A stretch of 64,000 nt of DNA from Candidatus Beckwithbacteria bacterium CG10_big_fil_rev_8_21_14_0_10_34_10 (GCA_002773945.1 PEZT01000028.1:4034-68033); one strand, 5' to 3'; shown: positions 23,450 through 33,609, counted from the first letter of the stretch. Numbers and translations: made by a program. The notes: generated by a model not told the origin, from the letters alone.

Positions 23450-24724
23450 TTAAGAAGATTTTAATTTTATGGCTTTTTTAACTCTTTCTACTGCGACAGC
23501 ATAAGCGGCCATCCGGGGATTAACTTTAAGTTCTTTATATTTGTCCCAGAATTCCTCAAAAGCCTTATCCATAATTGTTTTAAGCTTTTTGCCAACTTCA
23601 TCTTTTTCCCAGTAATATCCCTGAAGGTTTTGAACCCACTCAAAATAGGAAACAGTTACCCCTCCTGCATTAGCCAGAATATCAGGAATATTAATTATTC
23701 CTCTTTGGTGAAGGATTTTATCTGCCTGGGGAGTAATTGGACCATTAGCTAATTCAATTATGGTTTTAACTTTAATCTTCTTAACATTGCTCTTATCAAT
23801 AACATTTTCTAAGGCGGCCGGAACTAAAATATCTACTTTTATTTCTAAAAGCTCTTCATTAGAAACTTTTTTAGCCCCTTTAAAATTAACTAAACTACCA
23901 TTTTTTTGTTTAAACTCCAATACTTCTTCTGGATTTAAACTCCCATTTTCTATAATTATTCCTCCCTGACTGTCACTTAAGGCTTTAATTTTATAGCCTA
24001 GGTCATAAGCTAATTTGGCAAACCAGTAACCCACATTTCCAAATCCCTGAACAGCAATGGTTGTTTCTTTAGGTTTAAGCTTTAACTTTTTAGCTAGATT
24101 TTGCAAAATAAATACTCCACCTTGACCAGTGGCTTCTGTTCTTCCCTGACTGCCGCCTAATTCTAAAGGTTTACCAGTAATAGTGGCCAGCGGATTTACT
24201 CCCAAGTTACTCCATTTAAGGCTTTTTCTTTTTTCCTTCTGAATTTTCTGGTATTCATCAATCATCCAAGCCATTATTTGAGGATTAGTATTCACGTCTG
24301 GAGCCGGCACATCAAGCCAAGGACCAATATTAGGAGAAATTGCTCTTATATAAGATCGGGCCAATCTTTCTATCTCTTTTTGGCTCATTTTTTTAGGATT
24401 ACAGATTACCCCGCCTTTAGCACCCCCATAAGGGATACCAACTACACTGCACTTCCAAGTCATCCACATACTTAACGCTTTTACTTCATCCTCAGTTACA
24501 TTTGGATGAAACCTAATCCCTCCCTTAAAAGGACCCCTTGAATCATCGTGTTGGGATCTGAAAGCTTTAAAAGTCTTAATTTTACCTGAATCCATTTTAA
24601 CTTTTAAATCAACCTTAATTATGTTTTTTGGGGATTTTAATTTATCAATTATCCTTGGTTCTAGTTTAAGGATTTTTCCCACATTAAAAAGTTGCTCTTG
24701 GGCGCTTTTATAAGGATTGATCAT
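23450..24724 (-). CDS. gdhA: Glutamate dehydrogenase (Glu/Leu/Phe/Val dehydrogenase family)
   Basis: 424 aa. GGAKGG catalytic-lysine motif, followed by a Rossmann GxGxxG. Confidence 0.85.
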   Translation of the reverse strand: MINPYKSAQEQLFNVGKILKLEPRIIDKLKSPKNIIKVDLKVKMDSGKIKTFKAFRSQHDDSRGPFKGGIRFHPNVTEDEVKALSMWMTWKCSVVGIPYGGAKGGVICNPKKMSQKEIERLARSYIRAISPNIGPWLDVPAPDVNTNPQIMAWMIDEYQKIQKEKRKSLKWSNLGVNPLATITGKPLELGGSQGRTEATGQGGVFILQNLAKKLKLKPKETTIAVQGFGNVGYWFAKLAYDLGYKIKALSDSQGGIIIENGSLNPEEVLEFKQKNGSLVNFKGAKKVSNEELLEIKVDILVPAALENVIDKSNVKKIKVKTIIELANGPITPQADKILHQRGIINIPDILANAGGVTVSYFEWVQNLQGYYWEKDEVGKKLKTIMDKAFEEFWDKYKELKVNPRMAAYAVAVERVKKAIKLKSS

Positions 24725-24736
24725 TTTATTCTCCTT

Positions 24737-25711
24737 TTAAATACCACGAATGGCAGGGGCAGTTGTGTTTTTTAAATATTTATAAGCACTGGCAGCTGCC
24801 ATGGCTCCTTGGGCAATTGCCCAAGTTGCTTGTTTAAAACTGGCTGATTTATTAGTCATGTCACCGGCAGAAAAAAGGCCAGGGATATTGGTTTCCATTT
24901 GCTCACTGACAATCACATAACCTCTTTCATCTAATTTAATCCCTAAAGGTTCCACCAAAGCTGTTCCTGGCACCCCCCCAATTTCAATAAAAACTCCATC
25001 AGTTGATATAATTTCTTGACCTTTATAAGGCTTGTCTAACTTAACTCCAGTTATTCTAGTCTTGTCACCTATAATTTCTTTTACATTAGTATTGTATATT
25101 GTTTCTCCTTTAGCTTGTTTTTCTATTTGCTGCCACTGATTAATCCAGGCCGGCTCAGCTCTTAATTTATCTTTTCGATAAACTAAATAGACCTTTTTGG
25201 CAAATTCAGCTGTATGAACCGCCCCTGAAACAGCACTATCTGAACCACCAATAATAACAACTGTTTTTTCTTTAAAAAAGGGGGCATCACAAGTGTGACA
25301 ATAAGAAACTCCTTTACCTAGATATTCCTCTTCTCCGGGAATATTTAATCTTCTTCTTTCACTCCCTGTGGCTATAATTAAAGCTTTTGCCTGATAATAC
25401 TCATTTTTACTAAAGTAAGCTTTAAAACTTTTGTTTTCTCCCTCTCCTGTTAATTCAAGCCGGCCAACTTCTTTTAAAAGAACTTTAGCTCCCAAATTTT
25501 CTACCTGCTTTTGCCAAATTTGGGCTAAATCAAAACCGGAAATATCTAAAAAGCCCGGGTAATTTTCAATTTTATGAGCCAGGCTTAATTCTCCACCTAA
25601 AAGCTTACCAATAACCAAATTACTTAATCTATAACGAGAAGAGTAAATTGAAGCCGCTAAACCAGCTGGCCCAGCTCCAATAATCAAAAGATCATATATA
25701 TTATCTGTCAT
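24737..25711 (-). CDS. trxB: Thioredoxin-disulfide reductase
   Basis: 324 aa. N-terminal FAD motif IIGAGPAGLAAS. Redox CxxC (CHTCDA). A second NAD(P)H Rossmann motif. Confidence 0.8.
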   Translation of the reverse strand: MTDNIYDLLIIGAGPAGLAASIYSSRYRLSNLVIGKLLGGELSLAHKIENYPGFLDISGFDLAQIWQKQVENLGAKVLLKEVGRLELTGEGENKSFKAYFSKNEYYQAKALIIATGSERRRLNIPGEEEYLGKGVSYCHTCDAPFFKEKTVVIIGGSDSAVSGAVHTAEFAKKVYLVYRKDKLRAEPAWINQWQQIEKQAKGETIYNTNVKEIIGDKTRITGVKLDKPYKGQEIISTDGVFIEIGGVPGTALVEPLGIKLDERGYVIVSEQMETNIPGLFSAGDMTNKSASFKQATWAIAQGAMAAASAYKYLKNTTAPAIRGI

Positions 25712-25738
25712 TAATTTCTTATTATATATACTATAAAA

Positions 25739-26059
25739 TTATAAAGCCTTTTTTATCATTTCTACAAATCCATCTTTACCAGGAAAGCCGGTTTTTCTGT
25801 CTATCTCTTTACCATCTTTAAACATAATTACCATTGGAATACTCATCACCCCATATTTTTGGGCCAATTCCTGTTCTTCATCAACATTAACCTTAGCCAC
25901 TGCCACCTTATCTTTGTATTCTAAAGCCAATTCATCAACTACTGGGCCAGCCAATCGGCAAGGACCACACCAGGGAGCAAAAAAATCAATAAAAACAGGT
26001 ATTTTAGATTCTAAAACTTTTTTTTTAAAATCATCTTTTTTTAAATGCAAAGCACTCAT
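25739..26059 (-). CDS. trxA: Thioredoxin
   Basis: 106 aa. WCGPC active site. Confidence 0.9.
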   Translation of the reverse strand: MSALHLKKDDFKKKVLESKIPVFIDFFAPWCGPCRLAGPVVDELALEYKDKVAVAKVNVDEEQELAQKYGVMSIPMVIMFKDGKEIDRKTGFPGKDGFVEMIKKAL

Positions 26060-26099
26060 TTAAACCTCCTTTAATATATTATCTTAAGATAATATATTA

Positions 26100-26345
26100 T
26101 TAAATGTTTTTAACCAATTCTTCAACTACCTTTTTAAAATCATGGGTGTTTTTGTTTTTCTCTAACTGACATGATTCTTGAGTTAAAATAATAGCCGCTG
26201 TTTTTCCTAAAGCTTCTCTAACTGCTTTAATTTGCTGAATTATAGAAAGACAACTTCTTTCTTCTTTAATCATTTTTTCAATTCCTAGAAGCTGACCTTT
26301 AATTCTGCTAATCCTATTTAATAAATCTTTACTATTTTTTTTCAT
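26100..26345 (-). CDS. CsoR/RcnR/FrmR-family metal- or stress-sensing transcriptional repressor
   Basis: LLNRISRIKGQLLGIEKMI plus the conserved Cys/His positions are the DUF156 family signature. The likely start is the internal Met (MKKNSK), not the track start at 26387. Confidence 0.7.
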   Translation of the reverse strand: MKKNSKDLLNRISRIKGQLLGIEKMIKEERSCLSIIQQIKAVREALGKTAAIILTQESCQLEKNKNTHDFKKVVEELVKNI

Positions 26346-26429
26346 ATACTCCCCCCTAGTATATCCTAAAAGGCAGAAATAAATCAAGGCATAGTATTCT
26401 TAAAATCAGATAAATACTGATAAAATGGA

Positions 26430-26792
26430 TTATTTAATAAGTGTATTTAATTGGGGATTAATCTTTTGACAGGCCTCAGCTACTAAACGACGATGACATT
26501 TTACGGGAGTTTTTTCCCAACACAATATAGTAACGTCCTTTTTTAAAGCAATATCTATTAAAACATTCAGGTATTCTCTTTTATTTAAAATAACTTCTTT
26601 TTTGAATCTATTTTTGTATTGAAGCCAGTTTATTTTTTTTGAATGAGAGTCATTTAATAATTTATGAGATGGGGCTAAAACTGGCATCCAAATATCAAAA
26701 TCTTCAAAATCCCCTGGCCTTCTCATTATACAGATTCTAATACCGTCTTTTTTTTCTTTTTTAAACTGAATAGATTTAGTAAATAAGGCCAT
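26430..26792 (-). CDS. DUF488 (YeaO-like) family protein
   Basis: 120 aa. The RRPGDF...W...LAPS...LLCWEK...CHR pattern matches DUF488. Confidence 0.5.
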   Translation of the reverse strand: MALFTKSIQFKKEKKDGIRICIMRRPGDFEDFDIWMPVLAPSHKLLNDSHSKKINWLQYKNRFKKEVILNKREYLNVLIDIALKKDVTILCWEKTPVKCHRRLVAEACQKINPQLNTLIK

Positions 26793-26819
26793 TAATCTTC
26801 CTATTTATATTGTACAATA

Positions 26820-28364
26820 TTAAAGGCTTTTTTCCATTAATACCATCTCTACTGAAATTCCCTGGTTAGCTAATACTCCATTTTTTTGAGAATGAGAAAA
26901 AACTCTTGAAAAACCTAAATTTTCAAAATATCCCTTTGAACTCCCGCTTGGCTGAACAACCATTGTTTGATAACCTAATTCTTTTGCCATTTCTTCTGAA
27001 ATTCTCATCAATTGACGACCCAATCCTAATCCCTTAACTTCTCTTGCTACATGAAGTCTTTTCCCGTGGGCCACTAAAGAATCATTTTCAGGATGAGGAT
27101 GTCTTTCTTCTCTTATTACTCTATAACCCACAGGTTCTCCCAATTTATTTTGGCAAACCAAACAAAGAATATTTTTTTCATGATTGCATGTATCCTTCAC
27201 TCCATCGGATGAATTAGCTCTTTTATAAGCTTTCACTGCTTGAGAATTATTATTTCTAAGATCTCTAAAATTATCTGACCTGCTAAAGTTATCACAAACC
27301 ATCTGGCTAACCGATTCATAGTTTCCTGGAACAATACGTTGAGCAGTAACAAAACTACCATCTTTTAATTTAATCATCTGACCCCAACGACCAGGTAAAT
27401 CAGTATATAGGCTTGATTCAGAAGATGTTTGATTATTTCTAAAAAACAAGTATTGCTCTAAACCTTCTCTTGCTTCAACTGGGGCACCTAATAAAGTTAA
27501 ATATAACTGCCTTAAATTTCTTTCAAAAACTTGCCTATTTCCCTCTTTACTAACTCCGTCAATGGCTTTAATTTTAGCCTGAAGAAGAGGATGGGGCCAA
27601 AAACATGACAAATTTGTCATTTTCAATCTTTTTAAAGGAAAACCCTCTTTTATTCTCTGTTTTTCACTTTCATCCAAGATAAACGCCTGGTCTATAGAAT
27701 CAAATATTTCTTTTAAATACCCGGGGCAATTATTATCCCTTCCCTTAAGTCCATGAATATAGAATTCTATTTCCTGGGGGCTAAGTTGGGCAACAGAAAA
27801 AGATAGTTCAGCAACCAAGCTTAAGCCAAAACCAATATCATCAACATTCCTATTATCTTTGCCGAAAAACCCGATTGCTGCCCTTGCTTTAAATGTAGTA
27901 AAGTCTTCACCGCCCAACTCTCTATTCATTATGGCTTCAATATCAGCATAACTCGCATCTGGGGGGGATTTTCTTAACTCAATGCCTTTATTGCTAATAA
28001 GATCAATATCAGTACTAAGACCAACAACCACTCCTTGAGACGGCCTTAAAGAATCTACTGCTTGTCTTAAATCATTCTTGTTATCAACTGCCTTTAAAGC
28101 CGCTCTTTTGCCTGGTGGTAAATATCCTTTATGATTATCTTCTTGCCATTCTGGAGGAAAAACAACTTTAGGGATGTCTAAATCAGGAAAAAGATTTCCC
28201 AGCCATTCGCCTTTCCAATTACTTGTCCGAAAAACAATTCCTGATAGACTTGAAAAATCCGGTTTATCTTCCTTTTTAACCCCTAATTTTTGGAACGTTC
28301 CTGGAACAAATTCATTTGGTGAAAGTATAGAATTCCAGAGGCTTTGTTCTTTACCTATAATCAT
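26820..28364 (-). CDS. Large protein with unknown N-terminal domain fused to C-terminal GNAT acetyltransferase domain
   Basis: 514 aa. The C-terminal VKGLGLGRQLMRISEEMAKELGYQTMVV is a GNAT motif. The upstream ~380 aa has no recognisable motif. Local codon usage is somewhat more GC-rich than neighbouring genes. Confidence 0.55.
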   Translation of the reverse strand: MIIGKEQSLWNSILSPNEFVPGTFQKLGVKKEDKPDFSSLSGIVFRTSNWKGEWLGNLFPDLDIPKVVFPPEWQEDNHKGYLPPGKRAALKAVDNKNDLRQAVDSLRPSQGVVVGLSTDIDLISNKGIELRKSPPDASYADIEAIMNRELGGEDFTTFKARAAIGFFGKDNRNVDDIGFGLSLVAELSFSVAQLSPQEIEFYIHGLKGRDNNCPGYLKEIFDSIDQAFILDESEKQRIKEGFPLKRLKMTNLSCFWPHPLLQAKIKAIDGVSKEGNRQVFERNLRQLYLTLLGAPVEAREGLEQYLFFRNNQTSSESSLYTDLPGRWGQMIKLKDGSFVTAQRIVPGNYESVSQMVCDNFSRSDNFRDLRNNNSQAVKAYKRANSSDGVKDTCNHEKNILCLVCQNKLGEPVGYRVIREERHPHPENDSLVAHGKRLHVAREVKGLGLGRQLMRISEEMAKELGYQTMVVQPSGSSKGYFENLGFSRVFSHSQKNGVLANQGISVEMVLMEKSL

Positions 28365-28387
28365 TTTGTTAAATTATCAATAAAAAT

Positions 28388-28408
28388 AAAAACAGGCCTA
28401 AAAGGCCG
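28388..28408 (-). terminator. Intrinsic terminator downstream of the methylthiotransferase gene
   Basis: Minus strand GGCCTTTTAGGCC followed by TGTTTTTATTTTTATT. Confidence 0.5.
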
Positions 28409-28543
28409 TTTATTTTAAATAATTTGTTAGTAAAAAAAAGCTGGCTTTTTTCCTAGCCATATTTTATGGTATATTAACTACACATATTTGTCAAGGATAA
28501 TAAAATATTTTGAAGCTAGGTTTTATGGGAAATTTTTTTGGTT

Positions 28544-29665
28544 TTAAAAATTTGGAGTTATTTTTTTCAACTGTTTGACTCTTTTCTTTTTAACTGCATC
28601 ATTAATATTTTTCCATACTTTTCCGTTTTCCATTTTAGTGGCTCTTGTTCCCTTTCTTTTAGAATATCTAAAAAGGTGAATTTTAATAAAGTTGTTTTTT
28701 AATATTTTTTTTAGATTTTTAATGATTTTATAAGTTTTTCTAAACTCTTTTTCTGTTTCCCCAGGGAAACCTAAAATTAAATCAGTCGAAAAGGTAAAAT
28801 TAGGAATTTTTTGATTTAATTCTTTTATCTTTTTAATAAAATCTTTAACCTTATATTTTCTTCCCATTCTTTCTAGGGTTTCATCACAGCCGGATTGAAG
28901 CGGAATATGAAAATGGCTACTTAATTTATTATTTTGCATATTCTTATACAGGCTAATAAAATCTTGATTTAATATTTTTAAATTAATTGAACCAAAACTG
29001 ATTTTTTTAATCTTAGTTTTATTTAAAATCTCTTTGATTAGGTAAGTTAGGTCATTTTTTCCATCTTTAAAATCAGCTAAATCTACTCCAGTTAAAATTA
29101 TTTCTTTAATTCCCTGGTTTTGTTTATCTCTTATTTCTTTTAAAATCTTTTTTATTTTTCTGCTTTGAGATCTTCCTCTTAAGAAAGGGACAATACAATA
29201 AGTACAAAAATTGTTACAACCGTCTTGAACTTTAATAATGGCTTTTTGAGATTGATAATATTTATCTTGATATATTTTCCTTTTGCTTTTTACTTGTTTA
29301 TTTTTAAAAAAATGTTTTTCTACTAATTTTGTTAAGTTTTTCTGATCTTTTTTATATAAAGAAAGGTTAATTAACTTTAAAAAATCTTTGTCTTTTTTTT
29401 CTCCTGATATTCTAATTTTGTAAAGCCAACAGCCAGTCACAATTAAAAAACTTTTGGGGTTTACTCTTTTTATTTTCCTAATCTCTTTTCTAATTTCTCT
29501 AGAAGCTTTATGAGTTACTGTACAGGTGTTTAAAATGATTAAATCTGCTTTTTTAAAATCCTTGATTTGGGTTAAAGAAAGTTTTATTAAATTTTCTCCC
29601 ATCATCCGGCTTTCCGCCTGATTTAAACGGCAACCAAAAGTGATAATGGTGTATTTTTTGTTCAT
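28544..29665 (-). CDS. MiaB/RimO-family radical-SAM methylthiotransferase (no TRAM domain evident)
   Basis: 373 aa. N-terminal MTTase domain (FGCRLNQAESR...LNTCTVT). Radical SAM CNNFCTYC (CxxxCxxC). Confidence 0.75.
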   Translation of the reverse strand: MNKKYTIITFGCRLNQAESRMMGENLIKLSLTQIKDFKKADLIILNTCTVTHKASREIRKEIRKIKRVNPKSFLIVTGCWLYKIRISGEKKDKDFLKLINLSLYKKDQKNLTKLVEKHFFKNKQVKSKRKIYQDKYYQSQKAIIKVQDGCNNFCTYCIVPFLRGRSQSRKIKKILKEIRDKQNQGIKEIILTGVDLADFKDGKNDLTYLIKEILNKTKIKKISFGSINLKILNQDFISLYKNMQNNKLSSHFHIPLQSGCDETLERMGRKYKVKDFIKKIKELNQKIPNFTFSTDLILGFPGETEKEFRKTYKIIKNLKKILKNNFIKIHLFRYSKRKGTRATKMENGKVWKNINDAVKKKRVKQLKKITPNF

Positions 29666-29700
29666 CGGGGTAATTTTACAATAAAATAGCTTATCAGCAA

Positions 29701-29726
29701 ATAAAAAAACCGCTTTTTTAGCGGTT
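29701..29726 (-). terminator. Intrinsic terminator downstream of pyrH-like gene
   Basis: Minus strand ACCGC-TAAAAAA-GCGGT followed by TTTTTTAT. Confidence 0.5.
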
Positions 29727-29749
29727 ATCTTTTAAAAAAGGTTTTTTCT

Positions 29750-30463
29750 TTATTGGATAACTGTGCCGATGAACTTTTTACCTTCAATAATATTGTCTAG
29801 ATTCTCTATATTCCGGCCATTACAAACAATCACTTTTAACCTAATTTTATTGGCCAGCTGAGAAGCAATGGGATCAAAAGGAGCATTTAGACCTGGTTTC
29901 CATTGACTACCGACAATATCAGTCATTTCATTCCAGGATATTTTTTTAACTGGCTTAGCATCTTTGAATTTAGTTGGATCTTTATCATAAACCATATCAA
30001 TACTCGTTAGATTAATAACCTTATCTACTTGATAATCCTGGGCTAGTAAAACCGCATCATAATCAGTTGACCAACCTGGTTTCCAGCCCACTCCAATAAC
30101 AATTTTCTCATCCACTGCTTTTTTATCTACCATGTCATAATGTTTAATTACGTGTTTATAGGCAATATCTTGAAATATTGTTCTTATTAAATGACCATTT
30201 AAACGGCTGGAATGAACCCCTAACCAATCTAAATCATCTCTGGTAATCTTTTTGCCGCAGACTTCAGCCGCCGCATCCCGGTAATGACGACAACTTGCCC
30301 CACCGCCGGTAACAATAAAAAAGTGGCAACCTTGAGCCACTTTTTTTCTAATATATTGATTAAATCTTTTTAAGAAGTCGACGTCAATGCCACCGTTAGG
30401 GACGATAAGAGAACCACCTAGTGAAAGAATGTAACGCTTGTTATTTTTAACAATCATTTCCAA
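29750..30463 (-). CDS. pyrH: Archaeal-type UMP kinase (amino-acid kinase family)
   Basis: 237 aa. LSLGGSLIVPNGGIDVDFLK, VTGGG and WKPGWSTDYDAVLLAQ are collinear with archaeal PyrH (DIGGSVLVPE..., VVGGG, GGTHPGHTTDAVAALLAE). Confidence 0.6.
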   Translation of the reverse strand: MEMIVKNNKRYILSLGGSLIVPNGGIDVDFLKRFNQYIRKKVAQGCHFFIVTGGGASCRHYRDAAAEVCGKKITRDDLDWLGVHSSRLNGHLIRTIFQDIAYKHVIKHYDMVDKKAVDEKIVIGVGWKPGWSTDYDAVLLAQDYQVDKVINLTSIDMVYDKDPTKFKDAKPVKKISWNEMTDIVGSQWKPGLNAPFDPIASQLANKIRLKVIVCNGRNIENLDNIIEGKKFIGTVIQ

Positions 30464-31229
30464 AGATTGATTTTACCACTTTATTTAATAAAAACAAAAC
30501 GGAAATTAAAATAAAAAATAATGAAACTATTTGGTTAACCCTTATTCCCCCCATTTCCCAGCCAATTGGTCTTAAAAACTCCAATAAAAACCTTAAAACT
30601 GAATACATTAAAAGGTAAAGGGAAAAAATGGTTCCTTTGCCCATATTTTTTCTCCTTTTACTAAGTTTAAAAAGAATAAAAAATATTATTAAACAAATAA
30701 TGCTTTCATAAAGAAAAAGAGGATGGAAATAGCTAAAGTTCTTAAAAATAGCTATTCTGTTTTCTGGGTTAATATATATTTTCCAAGGCAGGTTGGTTGG
30801 TAAACCATACAACTCTTGGTTAAAAAAATTACCAAAGCGGCCAATTGCTTGTCCCAAAGGTAACCCTAAAGCAATTAAATCTAAGGTGGTTAAAAAAGCT
30901 GTTTTCAAATCTTTTTCTTTTAGCTTTGATTTTAAAAAAAGAAAAATACCTAAAAAGGCCCCAAAAAAAGCACCTAAAATTCCCAGGCCGCCTTGCCAGA
31001 AATAGAATATACTTACTAAGTTGTTACGGTAATATAGCCAATAGTCAAAAACATGATAAAGCCTGGCAAAAACTAAACCAGGAATAATTAGCCAAGGTAA
31101 GATATCAAAACTATCAAAGTCAAAGCTAATAACTCTTTTTTTGATTAACTTAGCTCTAGTCTTCTCAACTACAAAGACTGCTAGTCCTATTCCTAAGGCA
31201 ATGAAAAACCCATAGGGGTTGAATCTCAT
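30447..31229 (-). CDS. lgt: Prolipoprotein diacylglyceryl transferase
   Basis: 260 aa polytopic membrane protein. It has the Lgt signature GRFGNFFNQELYG. Confidence 0.8.
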   Translation of the reverse strand: MRFNPYGFFIALGIGLAVFVVEKTRAKLIKKRVISFDFDSFDILPWLIIPGLVFARLYHVFDYWLYYRNNLVSIFYFWQGGLGILGAFFGAFLGIFLFLKSKLKEKDLKTAFLTTLDLIALGLPLGQAIGRFGNFFNQELYGLPTNLPWKIYINPENRIAIFKNFSYFHPLFLYESIICLIIFFILFKLSKRRKNMGKGTIFSLYLLMYSVLRFLLEFLRPIGWEMGGIRVNQIVSLFFILISVLFLLNKVVKSIFGNDC

Positions 31230-31230
31230 T

Positions 31231-31797
31231 TTAAGCTAAAAGCAGACTTAAAAAACTAAAAACAATTGTCATTAAATAAAGATATTTTTTCTGTTCTTTT
31301 AAACTAACTGGCTTACCTATTTGCCAGAAAAGCCAGCTAATATCTTTTTTTTGTAAAATATCTTCCCATTCTTCTAATAAAAGCCTTAAGCCTATAGCCA
31401 TTAAAAGAGTTTTACCAAAAAGACTACTAGTTGAAGTCAGGGTAAAAATAGCTAAACCAACCCAAGCTATCTGGAAAAAAAAACTTCTAAAAGCTAATTT
31501 CTGCTCTCCTTCCCTTAAACTTAAAAGATCCCAGGCTTGACCAATCTTTTTTTGCTGGACTAAAGCCTTTACTTCCAAAGACAAAGGCTTGTCAGGTTGA
31601 GTAAAATAGGCGTGGAAAAACTGATCAAATTTTAAAAAATGGACACCTAAGAAAATACCACTGAACCAAAAAATAAATTCAAATAAACTGGCCTCAATAA
31701 ACTCATAAGACAAGGAAAAAAAGCGGATCTTTCGCAAAATAAAAGCAGCCAGAAAATAGCTTAAAAATATTAAAGTCTTACCACCCAATCGTTTCAT
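31231..31797 (-). CDS. Hypothetical integral membrane protein
   Basis: 188 aa with 4-5 TM helices. Confidence 0.4.
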   Translation of the reverse strand: MKRLGGKTLIFLSYFLAAFILRKIRFFSLSYEFIEASLFEFIFWFSGIFLGVHFLKFDQFFHAYFTQPDKPLSLEVKALVQQKKIGQAWDLLSLREGEQKLAFRSFFFQIAWVGLAIFTLTSTSSLFGKTLLMAIGLRLLLEEWEDILQKKDISWLFWQIGKPVSLKEQKKYLYLMTIVFSFLSLLLA

Positions 31798-31834
31798 AAT
31801 TTAAGTATAGCAAGTTTTTTAAAAAAAGGTAAAA

Positions 31835-32110
31835 TTAATAATATATTTGGAAGTTAGAAATTCTTTCTTCTTGCCTAACTATCTCTATTTCAACTTCTTT
31901 TACTTGGCTATCTTTTGAACCCTGATAACACCATTTAATCATTTCCTTTACTTTTTCTTCAGGACCTTGAAAAACAGCTTCTACCTGACCATTATCTAAA
32001 TTTTTAACATAACCTTTAATTCTTAACTCATCAGCCTTTTTTTTAGTGTTAACTCTAAAAAAGACGCCCTGAACCCTTCCCTTAATGTGAACTTTTTTAG
32101 CAATAATCAT
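31835..32110 (-). CDS. acyP: Acylphosphatase
   Basis: 91 aa. VHIKGRVQGVFFR is the acylphosphatase signature 1. Confidence 0.8.
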   Translation of the reverse strand: MIIAKKVHIKGRVQGVFFRVNTKKKADELRIKGYVKNLDNGQVEAVFQGPEEKVKEMIKWCYQGSKDSQVKEVEIEIVRQEERISNFQIYY

Positions 32111-32415
32111 TTTTCTTTTTTATTTCTCTTTTTTAAAGCTTCTTTTCTTAATTCTTTTACCTTCCACATAAACAGCCTAGCTCTGCTTTTAACCTGATAA
32201 GCATCTTTAACAAAGATTTTGGCTTGTTCCAACATATTTCTTGGTAGCTCCTTGGCTAATTTAATATATAAACTTTTGTGCTTGGGATCATTAAGCTCCA
32301 TGGCTAAACGGTAACCATAGTCTTGAAATTCTCGGCTAATATATTTTTTCTTATCAATATCAAAATCAGCTATTAGCTGAGAAATTGATTTTAAACCCCT
32401 TGTTCTTTTAGCCAT
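32107..32415 (-). CDS. Hypothetical small basic protein
   Basis: 102 aa, Lys/Arg-rich. Overlaps acyP by 4 nt, giving an operon-like arrangement. Confidence 0.4.
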   Translation of the reverse strand: MAKRTRGLKSISQLIADFDIDKKKYISREFQDYGYRLAMELNDPKHKSLYIKLAKELPRNMLEQAKIFVKDAYQVKSRARLFMWKVKELRKEALKKRNKKEK

Positions 32416-32946
32416 TTAACTTTCTTCTTCTTTGAATAAATTAATAGCCGCTCTAGTAAATACTTTTGTAATAATTTTCATTTCTTTTTTGGAAAAATTA
32501 TTTAAAACATAATCTTCACCATTTATATTATCGTCTTCAGCTTTCCGATCTTCTATTCCTAGTCTTAAACGCCAAAATTTATTAGTTTTTAATTGTCTTT
32601 CAATTGAATGGATCCCTTTATGAAGCTTTGGGCCCTTCCCAAACTGAAGTTTATATTTTCCCAAAGGAATATCTAAATCATCATGAACGATTAATATATT
32701 TTCGGGCTTAAGCTTATAAAACTGCTTGGCTTTAGCAATCGCTAGGCCAGATTTATTCATAAAAGTTTGAGGCTTAAGCAATACACACTGTTTAGTCTTA
32801 GCTATCAAAGAGTTGAATTTTTTTGACTCTGTTAGTTTTCTGTCTTTAATAATTTTATCAATTAGAGAAAAGCCTAAATTATGTCTACTCAGCTGATATT
32901 TTTTCCCTGGATTGCCTAAACCAACGATTAGTTTAATTTGCTTCAT
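32416..32946 (-). CDS. pth: Peptidyl-tRNA hydrolase
   Basis: 176 aa. LIVGLGNPGKKYQLSRHNLGF is the Pth N-terminal signature. Confidence 0.9.
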   Translation of the reverse strand: MKQIKLIVGLGNPGKKYQLSRHNLGFSLIDKIIKDRKLTESKKFNSLIAKTKQCVLLKPQTFMNKSGLAIAKAKQFYKLKPENILIVHDDLDIPLGKYKLQFGKGPKLHKGIHSIERQLKTNKFWRLRLGIEDRKAEDDNINGEDYVLNNFSKKEMKIITKVFTRAAINLFKEEES

Positions 32947-33579
32947 TTATTCTTTTAATAAACCAATAACTTTCTTATCACTTACTTGTTCAAATTCTTC
33001 ATAAAATTGACCAACAGCAAAAAAGTGCTTCGGAGCCTTTAAAAATATCACTTCATCAGCTTCTTTTTCTAAGTCTAACAAAGTCTCTTTAGTTAAAACC
33101 GGCAGGGCAATAATAACTTTCTTAGGTTCATTATTCCAAACTTCTCTTACAGCCGCAATCATCGTTGCTCCAGTAGCCGCCCCATCATCAGTAATAATAA
33201 CAGTTTTCCCCTTTAAAACTAATGGTTTTTTATTTTGTCGAAATGATTTTTCCCTTCTTTTAATTTCTTCTTTTAATTCTTCTATTTTAGTATTTAAATA
33301 ATTCTGGTTAACTTTAAGCTTATTAATTAAATCTTTATTTAAATATAAAGAACCTTTTGTTTCTCCCAAAGCCCCAATTGCTAATTCTAAAGACTTTGGG
33401 CTGGGAATTTTCTTAGTCACTATCACATCAAAAGAACAATTTAAAAATTGACTCACTATCGAAGCTACTAAAACTCCACCGCGGGGAATTCCTAAAACAA
33501 CTAGATTTTCTTTTAAATCAAGTTTTTCTAAAAGTTTAGCGGCTATTTTTTTTGAAGCCTCTGTTCTATTTTTAAACAT
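32947..33579 (-). CDS. Phosphoribosyltransferase-domain protein (COG1926-like)
   Basis: 210 aa. VIITDDGAATGATM is the PRPP-binding motif. Confidence 0.65.
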   Translation of the reverse strand: MFKNRTEASKKIAAKLLEKLDLKENLVVLGIPRGGVLVASIVSQFLNCSFDVIVTKKIPSPKSLELAIGALGETKGSLYLNKDLINKLKVNQNYLNTKIEELKEEIKRREKSFRQNKKPLVLKGKTVIITDDGAATGATMIAAVREVWNNEPKKVIIALPVLTKETLLDLEKEADEVIFLKAPKHFFAVGQFYEEFEQVSDKKVIGLLKE

Positions 33580-33609
33580 TAATTAACCCTATTTCAGATT
33601 ATTCTTGTT

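Noticed and set aside
28544-29665. Methylthiotransferase appearing C-terminally truncated (no TRAM domain), considered as a possible pseudogene
   Set aside because: The ORF ends cleanly with a canonical terminator hairpin downstream. No residual TRAM-like reading frame follows. MTTase variants lacking TRAM exist, so there is not enough evidence to call it a pseudogene.
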